Assembly (NCBI GenBank): GCA_963667725.2
Contig: CAXXHO010000003.1
Span: forward strand, 224,001-288,000
Direction of reading: 5' to 3'
DNA: 64,000 nucleotides
Source: Treponemataceae bacterium
GTDB taxonomy: Bacteria; Spirochaetota; Spirochaetia; Treponematales; Rectinemataceae
The translations under genes and the position numbers were made by a program. A model generated the notes under the pieces. That model was given only the letters and a program-made list of their open reading frames with translations. It made no database searches and was not told where the DNA came from. Positions within the stretch are counted from its first letter, which is position 1. Every line of letters begins with the position of its first letter. Below, piece by piece: positions 43,254-53,802 of this stretch.

Positions 43254-44681
43254 ATGAACACAGGCATAAAATTTCCATTTACGCGTACGGCGCGACGCCG
43301 GACGCTGGCATTGATCCTGGCCGCGATTCTTCTCGGCTTTTTCGCTTCCTGCTCGCCCCGCATCGGTTGGGGCGTCGTCCTGTGGACGGTCAAAGGCACG
43401 AGCGCCAAGGCTGGAACCATAGTTCCTGTCTACCTTAAGTCGAATATCACCAAAGTTTACGTAATAGGCGTCGAGGGAGACAAGGCGGAAAGGCTTGAAG
43501 TGCCCTTATGGCAAATCGATATGTTCGGATCGAGAAGCGCGGCTAAAAAACGCACGGCGCAGATGGCCGATCTCGCCTCCGTCTATATGATAGCCGCCAG
43601 GGACGGGCTTCCGGTGAGGGAATCGCCCTCCAATGCCAACACCGTCAAGCGTGTCTACAGGCTCAGGGAAAACGAAATGGTCAAGGCGCTCAAGCGCGTT
43701 GACGGCGAAGCCCTCTATACCGGTTCAACAAAATTGCCGGGGGACTGGTATGAAGTCCTCACCATGGATGGAACCAAGGGCTTTGTCTTCAGCTACACGA
43801 TGCGGATGTTCGACGAGAGTACGGGAGACGCCCCCGTGCCGCAAAAGCCGCAGACCGACGCCGAAGCCATCAATACCATTTTTTCACGGACATGGCGCCC
43901 CGCCTGGTACGCTTCGATGATGGAAGAAGGCATGGTGGATCTGGATCATTTTTCGCTCCGCTTCGGACTCTTCGGCGATGCCATCAACAAACAGATCCGC
44001 GTCGAGCTGCCCGCGAATTCCAAGGTGTTTCAATATAACAATATTTCCCAGGACAAGGACTGGCTCGTCTTCGAGCCTACCGACCTGAGGATTAAGCTTG
44101 ATAGCCCGACCAGTCTCCTCGCCGCCTGGGGGTCTGCCGTCGAGGGAGAACCGGAAGACACGGCGGGATGGCGGGCGGGCGACAGCTTTATCCGCTTTAT
44201 CGTCGTGGACAAGGATATCAGGGAGTCCATCCGCGCCGAGGAGGCCAGACGCTCCGAGGCCTTAGGGAATTTCTTTTCCGCTGTCGCCTCCATCGGCGGC
44301 GGAAAAGGTGACAGGGCGGGCATGCTGGAATTTTCCTCCCCGTCGGCAGGCACCCTCGAACTGTGGCCAAGCGGCCTCTACTCATGGAAGGATACGTTGT
44401 TCCTTCCCGCGAACTTCACGCCCGCGGCCGACGACAGCGCCGCGGAACAGAAGGGAACCGCCGTCTTCGGCTTGAGGCTTTCCAATGACCTCTCCGCGCA
44501 ATGGCAGGGCGGGTTCTCCCTCTATTCCGACGCGACGGGAAAAAGATCGGACTATGTCTACCGGCTGGAACCCACGGGACTCGTCCTGGCGAAGGCCATC
44601 GGCGCCGCCCCTGGACTTCCCCTGGGCGAAACGGAAAACAGGCTCGGAATGGCAACCTTCGGCTTCTCGGGCAAACAGTGA
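43254..44681 (+). CDS. SH3-domain lipoprotein (spirochaete-type)
   Basis: Lipobox FASC; DGLPVRESP...RVYRLRENE...WYEVLTMDGTKGFVFS SH3b-like segment. Confidence 0.72.
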   Translation: MNTGIKFPFTRTARRRTLALILAAILLGFFASCSPRIGWGVVLWTVKGTSAKAGTIVPVYLKSNITKVYVIGVEGDKAERLEVPLWQIDMFGSRSAAKKRTAQMADLASVYMIAARDGLPVRESPSNANTVKRVYRLRENEMVKALKRVDGEALYTGSTKLPGDWYEVLTMDGTKGFVFSYTMRMFDESTGDAPVPQKPQTDAEAINTIFSRTWRPAWYASMMEEGMVDLDHFSLRFGLFGDAINKQIRVELPANSKVFQYNNISQDKDWLVFEPTDLRIKLDSPTSLLAAWGSAVEGEPEDTAGWRAGDSFIRFIVVDKDIRESIRAEEARRSEALGNFFSAVASIGGGKGDRAGMLEFSSPSAGTLELWPSGLYSWKDTLFLPANFTPAADDSAAEQKGTAVFGLRLSNDLSAQWQGGFSLYSDATGKRSDYVYRLEPTGLVLAKAIGAAPGLPLGETENRLGMATFGFSGKQ

Positions 44682-44697
44682 ATCACGGCAGGATACA

Positions 44698-46677
44698 ATG
44701 GCTTTCGTACAACTAAGCAATGTCAGCGTGGCTTTCGGGGCGCGCGATCTCATAAAATCGGCGACGCTCACCCTAATGGAAGGCTCCAGGGCCGCCCTGG
44801 CCGGGCCGAACGGGGCGGGCAAATCCACGCTCATGAAGATCGCTGTTGGCCAGTTCAAACCCGATACGGGCGACATAGCCATAACCAAAGGCGCGAGGAT
44901 CAGTTACCTGCCCCAGACCAACGTCACGCTCGGCCGCGGCAGCGTGCTCGAAGAAGCAGAATTGGCTTTCTCCCACATAGCCGAGATGATGAAACGGCAG
45001 GAGGAGCTCGGTCGGCAGCTCCAGGCCAAGGATCTCGACGAAAGACTGACGAGTCGACTCCTTGAAGAGTTCGACGATATAGGACGGGCGGTCGAATCCA
45101 GCGGTTATTTCCGACGGGCCGAGCGCATCGCCGAAGTTCTCCGCGGCCTAGGCTTCGCCGACAAGGATTTCGGGAAGATGACGACGGAGCTTTCGGGCGG
45201 CTGGCAGATGCGCCTCGCCCTCTCCAAGGTGCTTCTCGAGGACCCCGACATAATGCTTCTCGACGAGCCGACGAACTACCTGGATCTCGAAGCCCGCACC
45301 TGGCTTGAAGGTTTCCTGCGCGGCTACAGGGGCGGCGTCCTCCTCGTCTCGCACGACCGCTATTTCCTCGATGTGACCGTCAACGAGGTCTATGAGCTTT
45401 TCAACGGCAAGCTAAGCCGGTATCCGGGTACTTTCTCTGGCTACGAAGACCGACGCGCCAAGGAGCTCGACGCCATTTTCGAGCAATGGGAACGCCAGCA
45501 GGAAGAAATACAGAAGCTGGAAGATTTCATCCGCCGGTTCCGGTACAAGGCGACCAAGGCCACTCAGGTGCAGAGCCGCATCAAGGTGCTGGAGAAGATC
45601 GTCCCCATCGAGATTCCCGAGGGCATGAAACATATCCATTTCAAGTTCCCGCAGGCGCCTCATTCGGGCAAGATCGCCGTGCGGCTTGAGAACATCGGCA
45701 AGTCCTACGGAGCGCTGCGCGTCATAGACAATTTTTCCCTGGAGATAGAGCGGGGAAGGAAGATGGCTTTCGTGGGTCCGAACGGAGCGGGCAAATCGAC
45801 GCTCATGAGGCTTCTGGCCGGCACCGACAAGGATTTCGAAGGGAGCATCACTCTAGGCTCAGGCATAGAGATAGGCTATTTCGCCCAGGATTCAGCCGAG
45901 AAAATGTCCTCGAACCGCACGGTCGAGGAAGAAGCCGAGACGGTCTGCCCCAACGAGCTCAATCCCAAACTGAGGAATATGTTGGGAGCCTTTCTGTTTC
46001 GCGGCGACGATGTGGAAAAGTCGGTGTCGGTGCTTTCGGGCGGCGAGCGTTCGCGCCTCGCGCTTCTGAAGATGCTGCTCCATCCGGCCAATCTCCTCAT
46101 TCTCGACGAGCCGACCAATCACCTGGACCTCACGTCCAAGGATGTCCTTCTCGAGGCGCTGAGGTCTTTCGAGGGCACCGTGCTCTTCGTCTCGCACGAT
46201 CGCGGTTTCATAGCCGATCTCGCCGACATGGTGCTCGAACTCGAGGCGGGCACCACGCCGCGCCTTTACTACGGCGATTACGCCTACTACATCGAGAAGA
46301 AAGCGGCCCTGGCAGCGGCCGCCGCCGGCGCCGCCCAGGACCCTTACGGCCCCTCCAAAAACGCGGCGGCCGCCGTCGTCGCCGCGGCTCCGGCCCCAGC
46401 CGTCTCGGCCCAAGAGGCGCCCTCCTGGGAAGAAGAGAAGAGCAGAAAAGCGCGCTACCGCAAGCTGATGAAGAGGGAAGAGGAGCTCCTGGCAAGGCTT
46501 GAGACCGTTTCGGAGGAAAAAAAGAAGCTCGAGAACGCCATGGCCCAGCCCGCCAATTATTCGGACGGCGCCAAGGTAAAAAAAATCCTCGCTTCCATCG
46601 CCGATTTCGAAACCGAAGCTTCGGCGCTGAACGAGGAATGGATCGAAATCGCCGACGAACTGTCGGCCTTCGAATGA
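44698..46677 (+). CDS. ABC-F family ATPase
   Basis: Two GPNGAGKST/LSGG/DEPTN cassettes, no TM, PtIM linker (FIRRFRYKATKA), C-terminal coiled coil. Confidence 0.93.
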   Translation: MAFVQLSNVSVAFGARDLIKSATLTLMEGSRAALAGPNGAGKSTLMKIAVGQFKPDTGDIAITKGARISYLPQTNVTLGRGSVLEEAELAFSHIAEMMKRQEELGRQLQAKDLDERLTSRLLEEFDDIGRAVESSGYFRRAERIAEVLRGLGFADKDFGKMTTELSGGWQMRLALSKVLLEDPDIMLLDEPTNYLDLEARTWLEGFLRGYRGGVLLVSHDRYFLDVTVNEVYELFNGKLSRYPGTFSGYEDRRAKELDAIFEQWERQQEEIQKLEDFIRRFRYKATKATQVQSRIKVLEKIVPIEIPEGMKHIHFKFPQAPHSGKIAVRLENIGKSYGALRVIDNFSLEIERGRKMAFVGPNGAGKSTLMRLLAGTDKDFEGSITLGSGIEIGYFAQDSAEKMSSNRTVEEEAETVCPNELNPKLRNMLGAFLFRGDDVEKSVSVLSGGERSRLALLKMLLHPANLLILDEPTNHLDLTSKDVLLEALRSFEGTVLFVSHDRGFIADLADMVLELEAGTTPRLYYGDYAYYIEKKAALAAAAAGAAQDPYGPSKNAAAAVVAAAPAPAVSAQEAPSWEEEKSRKARYRKLMKREEELLARLETVSEEKKKLENAMAQPANYSDGAKVKKILASIADFETEASALNEEWIEIADELSAFE

Positions 46678-46681
46678 GCCG

Positions 46682-47173
46682 CTATTTCGCCGGCGTCGGC
46701 GCCGCAGCCACTGTAGTAGCCGTTGTAGGCGTAGTTACCGTAGTCTTTTCGGCAGGCAGCTTGGCCATCACCTTTTCGGCGAGGATTTTCCAGGTCTGAG
46801 GCAGTGAAAGACCCTCAGGGGTCGCGTATTTGTCCAAGACAGCCGTGAGTCCTACCCTGGCAGCCTCATGATGACCCTGCTTGTACTCGATAAACGCCAG
46901 TTCGTACATGGCGGAAACGACGAGAGCCTGGTCGTCGTGGAACTTTTCGAGCAGGGCTTTATAGTAATACTGGGCGCCCTTCCAATCGTAGATATCGGAG
47001 CGTTCCTGCGCCTTCTGGATGATCTCGGCCGAGCTGATGTCGGCGGGGATAGGGGGAAGCTTCGTGGCGCAGGATAAAGACAGAAGCGCCGCGAGCAGCA
47101 CAATCGCCGCCGTGGCGGCCATCGCGCGGAAATCTTTCGCGCCGCGCTGATATACTTTGAATTTGCTTTGCAT
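46682..47173 (-). CDS. TPR-like lipoprotein with Thr/Ala/Pro-rich tail
   Basis: Lipobox LSLSC; AMYELAFIEYKQG helical repeat. Confidence 0.72.
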   Translation of the reverse strand: MQSKFKVYQRGAKDFRAMAATAAIVLLAALLSLSCATKLPPIPADISSAEIIQKAQERSDIYDWKGAQYYYKALLEKFHDDQALVVSAMYELAFIEYKQGHHEAARVGLTAVLDKYATPEGLSLPQTWKILAEKVMAKLPAEKTTVTTPTTATTVAAAPTPAK

Positions 47174-47263
47174 AGGCTCCCCTTAGGCATTTCGATTATG
47201 CTATACTTCCGCGACCAGGGTCAATCATAGACGCTTATCCTCCGACCACTGTGGAAGGTTACA

Positions 47264-47962
47264 ATGTTAGCTGCCGTCATCAATGCCCTTGCCGTCGTAA
47301 TAGGCTCGATTATCGGACTCATTCTGCGCAAAGGCATCAAGGAACGTTATCAGCAGATCATCTTCGCCGCCTCCGGCGTCACGTCCCTCACCATCGGCAT
47401 CCAGATGGTGCTCAAGACTAATCATCTTCTCGCATTCGCCATCGCCCTTATCCTGGGCGGCCTCATCGGCACATGGCTCAATATCGAAGGCGCCATAATG
47501 AGTTTTGGCGAGCGGCTCAAGAAGCGTTTCGACAAAAAATCCGAAGGCTCCACCTTCGCCCTGGGCTTTCTCAACGCGTCCATTCTTTATTGCGCGGGCG
47601 CGATGGCCATAATCGGATCATTCAAGGCCGGCACCGAGGGCGACTATTCAATCATTCTAACAAAGAGCGTGCTGGATGGTTTCATGTCGATCATCTTCGC
47701 CGGCGCGATGGGACCCGGCGTCGCCTTTTCAGCCCTGTCCATCCTCGTCTATCAGGGACTTCTCACCATCGTTTCGGTGTGGGTAAAGCCCTTCGTCACG
47801 GAGATAATGCTCGCCGAAATCACCGGCATCGGTGGAGCCCTCGTCCTTATGATAGGCCTCGGCCTTCTCGACATAAAGAAACTCAAGACGGGGGACTTTC
47901 TCCCCGCCCTCGTCGTCACCGTTCTTCTCGTCCTTGCCTTTCCCTATGTCCCCTTCTTATAA
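47264..47962 (+). CDS. DUF554 (YqgA/YdfK-like) membrane protein
   Basis: NALAVVIGSIIG, LYCAGAMAIIG, KSVLDG, YQG. Confidence 0.88.
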   Translation: MLAAVINALAVVIGSIIGLILRKGIKERYQQIIFAASGVTSLTIGIQMVLKTNHLLAFAIALILGGLIGTWLNIEGAIMSFGERLKKRFDKKSEGSTFALGFLNASILYCAGAMAIIGSFKAGTEGDYSIILTKSVLDGFMSIIFAGAMGPGVAFSALSILVYQGLLTIVSVWVKPFVTEIMLAEITGIGGALVLMIGLGLLDIKKLKTGDFLPALVVTVLLVLAFPYVPFL

Positions 47963-47968
47963 TTGAGC

Positions 47969-49309
47969 ATGGTTATCGACAAGAGCCAGCGCTTCATCCA
48001 CACGAAGCAGGTCGATGAGTCGGGGGCATGGTATAGCCTCGACAACGCCGGCATCATAATGCCCGCCGTCACCGACGCGATATCCTCTGGTCTTTTCAGG
48101 ATAGAAGTCACGCTTGCCGAACCCGTCGACGAGATCATCCTCAATCGCGCCCTGGCCGATACTTCCAACCGCTTCCCTTATTTCAATGTCGTCCTGAAAC
48201 GCGGTTTTTTCTGGTATTATTTCGATCAGTGCCAGACAAGCCCCCAGGCATGCGAAGACGAGTCGAGCCCCTGCCAGCACTGCGATACCAACCGTCAGGG
48301 CACGCGCATGTTCCGCGTCCGGAGCACAGGCCACCGCATAGCGGCGGAATTTTCCCACAGTCTCACGGATGGCTCCGGCGGCATGTCGTTCATGAAGACG
48401 CTTCTCGCCAGATATTTCGCCCTTTTGGGCATTGAGCCGGGCGCGACCATAGGCGAAGGCGACTATGCCGATATTCTCTCGGTGGACGATCAGCCGGACC
48501 GCGAGGAATACGAGGACGGCTACCAGAAATACTTTCCGGGCAAACTGCCTCTGCCCGAGCCCAATCCGCATGCCTGGCATCTCCGCGAGCCTCGCCTGCC
48601 CGAGGGAAGGTACAGAATCCTCACAGGCCGTCTCAAGCTGGACGAAGTCCTGGCCGAAGCGAAAAGACGGAACGTGACGATCACGGAGCTGTTGGGCGCC
48701 GTCTATCTGGATGCCCTTCAGAGTCTCTGGTTTTCCAAACCCCGAAAGCCGCGAAAACACTTCATAAGCGTGGAAATTCCCGTCAACCTCAGGAATTTCT
48801 TCAAGACGAAGACGAACAGGAACTTTTCCCTTTTCATCCTGCTGAGGGAGAATATGCAGCTGGGCACTCGCGGCTTCGATGAACTGGTCAAAAGGGCGCA
48901 CTACCAGATGAGGCTCGAAAACGATCCCCGCTCCCTGGCTCGGCAGATTTCCCGCAACGCCGGCGGCACGCGTAACTTTTTCGTCAGGATTACGCCCCTC
49001 TTCGTCAAGAATGTCGCGGCGCGCATACTTTTCGCCAAACTGGGCGAAAACATGCTGAGCGGCTTCATATCGAATCTTGGAGCTCAGCGTATGCCTCCGG
49101 GCCTGCTGCCGCATATTGATAGTTTCACGTTCATCCCCGCTCCGAGCAAGACCACGCTGACCAACGCGTCGGTCATCTCCTGGAAGGATGAGCTTATCGT
49201 GACATTTGGAAGCCTGGCGCATTCGCGCGAGCTGGAGAAGCTCTTTTTTCGGCGCCTGCGCGGCTTAGGTCTCGCGGTGAGCGTGCGCTGCCGCGATGAC
49301 GAGGAGTAA
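47969..49309 (+). CDS. CoA-dependent acyltransferase/condensation-fold protein (alcohol acetyltransferase-like)
   Basis: WYSLDNAG, RGFFWYY, HSLTDG (HxxxDG), PVNLR, SNLG. Confidence 0.82.
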   Translation: MVIDKSQRFIHTKQVDESGAWYSLDNAGIIMPAVTDAISSGLFRIEVTLAEPVDEIILNRALADTSNRFPYFNVVLKRGFFWYYFDQCQTSPQACEDESSPCQHCDTNRQGTRMFRVRSTGHRIAAEFSHSLTDGSGGMSFMKTLLARYFALLGIEPGATIGEGDYADILSVDDQPDREEYEDGYQKYFPGKLPLPEPNPHAWHLREPRLPEGRYRILTGRLKLDEVLAEAKRRNVTITELLGAVYLDALQSLWFSKPRKPRKHFISVEIPVNLRNFFKTKTNRNFSLFILLRENMQLGTRGFDELVKRAHYQMRLENDPRSLARQISRNAGGTRNFFVRITPLFVKNVAARILFAKLGENMLSGFISNLGAQRMPPGLLPHIDSFTFIPAPSKTTLTNASVISWKDELIVTFGSLAHSRELEKLFFRRLRGLGLAVSVRCRDDEE

Positions 49310-49312
49310 ACC

Positions 49313-50044
49313 ATGCCCTATTGCCCTGATTGCGGCGTTGAAATCGGAAACGCGGCGGTCTGCCCGCTCTGCGGCGCCAGGAATCCGAAGATTGACGCCA
49401 GCCATGAACCCGAATGCGGCGATAAGACCGACGCTCGCCATTCCGACTTTTTCGGCGAGGCCGGCGCCGCTGAGGCTCTCACCCCCAAGGAAAAGCGCAA
49501 GATTTCCTGGGAAGTCGTCACGGTGGCCTTTGTCATCGCCAGCCTCGTAATCACGGCGATCAACATTCTCATCGTCGGCAGACTTTCCTGGTCTCTCTAT
49601 CCCGTATCTTCCTTCCTGTTCATCTGGACGATGGCGACTGCCTTCCTCGTTCTGGACAACCGCCCTCGGCTTCGCTATACCCTTGCCGCCCTGGACGCGC
49701 CGCTTTTCCTTCTGGCTTTGGGAGTTTTCACCAGCGATATATCCTGGGCCTGGAAGCTGGCCGTGCCCATCGCACTTTTTACCGAACTTGTGGCCTTTAG
49801 CGTCGTGCTCCAGATAAGGAACGCGAAGCGAAAAGGCCTCAACGTTTTCGCTTTTCTCCTGATTGGGGCCGCCATCGGCTGTGTGGGAATCGAAATCTTC
49901 GTCGATCTCTTCGTTTTGGGAAAGATCCGGATGGGCTGGTCGGCTATAACCGCCATCGCCCTCATCCCCATCGCGGTCTTCTTTCTCTACCTGCATTACC
50001 GCGTGGCCAAGACTACAAACCTTCACCGGCTCTTCAAGCTTTAG
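49313..50044 (+). CDS. Zinc-ribbon membrane protein (DUF6320-like)
   Basis: MPYCPDCGVE...CPLC followed by about 6 TM helices. Confidence 0.78.
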   Translation: MPYCPDCGVEIGNAAVCPLCGARNPKIDASHEPECGDKTDARHSDFFGEAGAAEALTPKEKRKISWEVVTVAFVIASLVITAINILIVGRLSWSLYPVSSFLFIWTMATAFLVLDNRPRLRYTLAALDAPLFLLALGVFTSDISWAWKLAVPIALFTELVAFSVVLQIRNAKRKGLNVFAFLLIGAAIGCVGIEIFVDLFVLGKIRMGWSAITAIALIPIAVFFLYLHYRVAKTTNLHRLFKL

Positions 50045-50119
50045 CGGATCGAGCCGCTCGCCGAAGCGCCCGTTTTTCGGTTATTTCCCGCCTTTCCTCG
50101 CTTGGGTTTTCACTGTCTA

Positions 50120-50148
50120 TTGACATTTTCTGCAGTTTTCTGTAAAGT
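50120..50148 (+). promoter_or_regulatory. sigma70-type promoter of tRNA-Met
   Basis: TTGACA-N17-TAAAGT. Confidence 0.75.
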
Positions 50149-50161
50149 ATTGTCAACACGA

Positions 50162-50234
<73 letters not shown>

Positions 50235-50272
50235 AAAAAGAGGCTTTCTTCGGAAAGCCTCTTTTCTTTTTT
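50235..50272. terminator. Bidirectional terminator
   Basis: AAAAAGAGGCTTTC-ttcg-GAAAGCCTCTTTT with T-run. Confidence 0.88.
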
Positions 50273-50304
50273 CTCCATACAATCGAAAAACTTCCGCCAC
50301 ATTT

Positions 50305-50820
50305 TTAGAACTTGAAGATCAAACCTATGCTCCCGAAGCCGCTGCCCCCGGCGTTTACGTTGAAAAACCGAGCGTAGATGACTGAAGAATAGATCGCGAG
50401 ATTGGGATAGAGGAAATAGGATATCCCTCCGCCGTTGCCAATCCCGATGTTGAAGGCGGGGTCGAAGCCGAATCCCAGACCCAAGCCATAGTAAAAGTCG
50501 AATTTCTTGAGCCAGTAGGGAAGGTCGGCGATGAACCCGAGCCCGAAGTGGGCGGTGGCGAGACCGACGAGCGTGAAGTTGGTTCCGTAGATGAAACCAA
50601 CGCCGCCCCTGGCCGCGAGGCCGAAGGTGATCGGGACGGAATCCGCGAGGTCGACACGCGCGAACATGTATTCGACGCTTCCACCGATGCCGTAGTCCCA
50701 CCCAAAGTTGAAGCCGACGGCGACCGCCACGTCGCCTTTGTCCAAATTGACGGGAATTTGGGCATATGCCGCGCCGCCGACCAGAATCGCGAGCACGAGA
50801 ACAATGATCATTTTTTTCAT
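50305..50820 (-). CDS. Small outer-membrane beta-barrel-like protein
   Basis: Signal peptide, Gly/aromatic alternating strands, terminal GLIFKF. Confidence 0.7.
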   Translation of the reverse strand: MKKMIIVLVLAILVGGAAYAQIPVNLDKGDVAVAVGFNFGWDYGIGGSVEYMFARVDLADSVPITFGLAARGGVGFIYGTNFTLVGLATAHFGLGFIADLPYWLKKFDFYYGLGLGFGFDPAFNIGIGNGGGISYFLYPNLAIYSSVIYARFFNVNAGGSGFGSIGLIFKF

Positions 50821-50970
50821 TATCGCCTCCTTAGCGGAATTCTCTATACAGTATTGAAAATACGGCTAAAGCGCGGGATTATCTGTTCGGCAGCGCACAT
50901 ACGCGATGCGCGGAAATTGGCTGGCTATATATTCGCATCGGCATTAAAATTTCGTCATTAGGAGCCAGAC

Positions 50971-51492
50971 ATGAAAGATTGCCTTATCGCCATGGCTAAA
51001 TACAACAGACAGGCCAATCGGGCCATGTGCGGGATCATGAAGAGCGCGGACAAGGAAAAGATCGCGATAGACTGCGGGACTTTTTACCATACGGCGATCG
51101 CCGGGCTGGGGCATATCGCGTCGGCCGAGGCTATTTGGCTCAAGCGCTTCGCCTCTTTCGGCGCTTACGCATCGCTGGAGAAAAGTAAGACGATCGCTCC
51201 AGAAATGGACGCCATAAGAGCCAGGCTTGGCGTCAATGTCGATGATTCATCAGCGCTGTTGGATGAGCTGGATGCTTTGCTCATCGATTATATCGAAGAA
51301 CTGGGCGACGAAGAGCTGATGAAGACGGTCCGATACAAAAACATGAAAGGCGATATTTTCGAAAAGCCGAATTATCAGACTATTCTCCATGTCCTGACCC
51401 ACGGCATTCACCATCGCGGAGAGGTTTCGGCCATGCTCGATATCCAGGGCATCAAGAACGACTATTCCGGTTTTATCGCCTATACATACTGA
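50971..51492 (+). CDS. DinB-family protein
   Basis: YNRQAN, LGHI...E.IWL.R, HVLTHGIHHRGE. Confidence 0.88.
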   Translation: MKDCLIAMAKYNRQANRAMCGIMKSADKEKIAIDCGTFYHTAIAGLGHIASAEAIWLKRFASFGAYASLEKSKTIAPEMDAIRARLGVNVDDSSALLDELDALLIDYIEELGDEELMKTVRYKNMKGDIFEKPNYQTILHVLTHGIHHRGEVSAMLDIQGIKNDYSGFIAYTY

Positions 51493-51499
51493 TCTTCGG

Positions 51500-52645
51500 T
51501 CAGCGGCCGAAGACGCCGGATGCTTCTTTCAGCAAGTCGCGAATAGGGAGGTCCTGAGGGCACATGGCCTCGCATTGACCGCAGTCCACGCAGGCTTCGG
51601 GCTTGCCCGTTATCTGTCCATAGCCGGTGAACATAGGATCCGTGGTATCCCAGATGGCGGCCTTGTTGAGCGCGGCCAGGAGTTCGGGGATCTGCACGCC
51701 CTGAGGACAGGGCTGGCAATATCGACAGGCGCTGCAATCGGCTTTCATGCGCGATTTCATCGCGGCGCGGGCGGTTTCGTACACGGCCAGCTGATCGGGC
51801 GTTAATATGTTTTCGGTGGCCGACTCGGCGGTCCTAAGGTTTTCCCTCAGTTGCTTGACGTCGCCCATGCCAGATAGAAGCAGGCTGACGCCCGGTTCGT
51901 TCCACACATAACGCAGCCCCCATTCGGCGGGGCTCCATGCTTCGGAGCGCCGGTCGAAGGCTGCCTGCATCTCGGGCGGCAGATTGTTCGCGAGCCTTCC
52001 GCCTTTCAGGGGTTCCATCACCACGACGCCAAGCCCTTTGTCTGCCGCGTAGCGCAGTCCCGAATGCCCGGCCTGGTAATCCACGTCAATGTAGTTATAT
52101 TGAATCTGGGCAAAGGACCAGCCATCGTATTCGTCGATGATCCGGATAAAATCTTCTTTCTTGCCGTGAAATGAAAAAGCCGGGAAACGTATGAGGCCCC
52201 GCTCCCGCGCCTTGTCGAGGAATTCCCTAATGCCGAGATCCTTCATGCGGTTCCAGGCGTCCCCGTTGAGCGCGTGCACGAGGTAAAAATCCAGGCTGGC
52301 CGTCTGGAGTCTTTCGAGTTGCCGCTCGAGGAAGCGGTCCATGTCGTCGCGCGTCGCGACAAGCTGCTGGGGCAGTTTGGTGGCGAGATGGACCCTTTCC
52401 CGCCAGCCGTTATTCAGGGCTCGGCCGATGAAAGGCTCGCTGCTTCCCGCCTGTCCCGTACTCGTCGAGTGATAGAACCATGCCGTATCGATATAGTTGA
52501 TGCCCAACTCGATCGCCTCATGAAGCAGTTCGGTCGAGGTTTCCTCGTCGATCCTGTCGGGACTGCCCAGGGTGGGGAGGCGCATGCATCCAAAACCAAG
52601 CACCGAAACGTCGAGGCCTGTACGGCCAAGCCTGCGATAGTTCAT
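51500..52645 (-). CDS. Aldo/keto reductase with C-terminal 4Fe-4S dicluster
   Basis: LGFGCMRLP, DTAWFY, ATKLP, MEPLKGG; CxxCxxCxPCP and CxxCxxCxxxCP. Confidence 0.92.
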   Translation of the reverse strand: MNYRRLGRTGLDVSVLGFGCMRLPTLGSPDRIDEETSTELLHEAIELGINYIDTAWFYHSTSTGQAGSSEPFIGRALNNGWRERVHLATKLPQQLVATRDDMDRFLERQLERLQTASLDFYLVHALNGDAWNRMKDLGIREFLDKARERGLIRFPAFSFHGKKEDFIRIIDEYDGWSFAQIQYNYIDVDYQAGHSGLRYAADKGLGVVVMEPLKGGRLANNLPPEMQAAFDRRSEAWSPAEWGLRYVWNEPGVSLLLSGMGDVKQLRENLRTAESATENILTPDQLAVYETARAAMKSRMKADCSACRYCQPCPQGVQIPELLAALNKAAIWDTTDPMFTGYGQITGKPEACVDCGQCEAMCPQDLPIRDLLKEASGVFGR

Positions 52646-52832
52646 TAAAAACTCCTGTCGATCCGCGTTTCCACCATTCAGGAAACCGAATCCGTGACAT
52701 CCTATCAGGCGGGACCGGCAAAAGTACAGGGAGAAAGCTGGGTTGATGCGGGTTATGGCGCAAAAAATAGCGTCGATATTGCCCTCGTCGTGAACCTTGT
52801 AATTTCCGGGCTTCTGCCATTATGCTTGACGC

Positions 52833-53792
52833 ATGAAGATAGTCATTTTAGATGGATATACGGAGAATCCCGGAGATCTGAGCTGGGCGGGTTTCGAGGC
52901 GATCGGCTCGCTTTCCGTCTATGAGAGAACTCCTCTGGAGAAAATTGCCCAGAGGATCGGCGACGCCGAAGCGGTCATCACCAACAAGGTCCCGATCTCC
53001 AGGGCGACGCTGGAAGCCTGTCCTTCCGTCCAATACATCGGCGTGCTCGCCACGGGCTACAATATCGTCGACGTGGCAGCCTGCTCCGAAAAAGACATCG
53101 TCGTCACCAATATTCCCACCTATGGGACAAACGCTGTCGCCCAGATGGCGATAGCCCTCCTGCTCGAGCTTTGCCACCACGTCGGCGCCCACTCCGAATC
53201 TGTCTTCGCCGGCGAATGGACGAACAGCGCCGACTGGAGCTACTGGAAATACCCGCTCGTGGAACTTGCCGGCAAGACGATGGGCATCACCGGTTTCGGC
53301 AGGATAGGGCAGGCTACCGGCAGAATCGCCCAGGCGCTCGGCATGAAAATTCTGGCGCATGACGAACACAAGACCCCTGGCCTGGAATCCGAAACCTGTC
53401 GCTATGTCGATCTGGATACGCTGTTCGCCCATTCGGACGTCATATCCCTGCATTGCCCGCTCTTTCCCTCGACACAGGGCATCATCAACCGACACAACAT
53501 AGCCACGATGAAAGATGGCGTATTCATCATCAATACCTCGCGGGGACCGCTCATCGTTGAGGAGGACCTTCGCGACGCCCTTTTGTCCGGCAAGGTGGGA
53601 GCCGCGGCGGTGGACGTCGTTTCCAGCGAGCCGATCAAGGCCGACAACCCTTTACTGAAGACAAGGAACTGCCTTATAACGCCGCATATCGCCTGGGCTC
53701 CCAAGGAATCGCGGCAACGACTGATGGAGATCGCCCTGGAAAACCTGAAAGCTTTCGTGGCGGGCAGCCCAGTCAACGTCGTGACGGCGTGA
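52833..53792 (+). CDS. D-2-hydroxyacid dehydrogenase (glycerate dehydrogenase-like)
   Basis: NPGDLSW, GFGRIG, SLHCPL, INTSRG, TPHIAW. Confidence 0.92.
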   Translation: MKIVILDGYTENPGDLSWAGFEAIGSLSVYERTPLEKIAQRIGDAEAVITNKVPISRATLEACPSVQYIGVLATGYNIVDVAACSEKDIVVTNIPTYGTNAVAQMAIALLLELCHHVGAHSESVFAGEWTNSADWSYWKYPLVELAGKTMGITGFGRIGQATGRIAQALGMKILAHDEHKTPGLESETCRYVDLDTLFAHSDVISLHCPLFPSTQGIINRHNIATMKDGVFIINTSRGPLIVEEDLRDALLSGKVGAAAVDVVSSEPIKADNPLLKTRNCLITPHIAWAPKESRQRLMEIALENLKAFVAGSPVNVVTA

Positions 53793-53802
53793 GGGTTCGA
53801 GA

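Noticed and set aside
46300..46745. Ala-rich ABC-F linker and Thr-rich lipoprotein tail as repeat arrays
   Set aside because: Low-complexity coding linkers without a regular repeat-spacer structure
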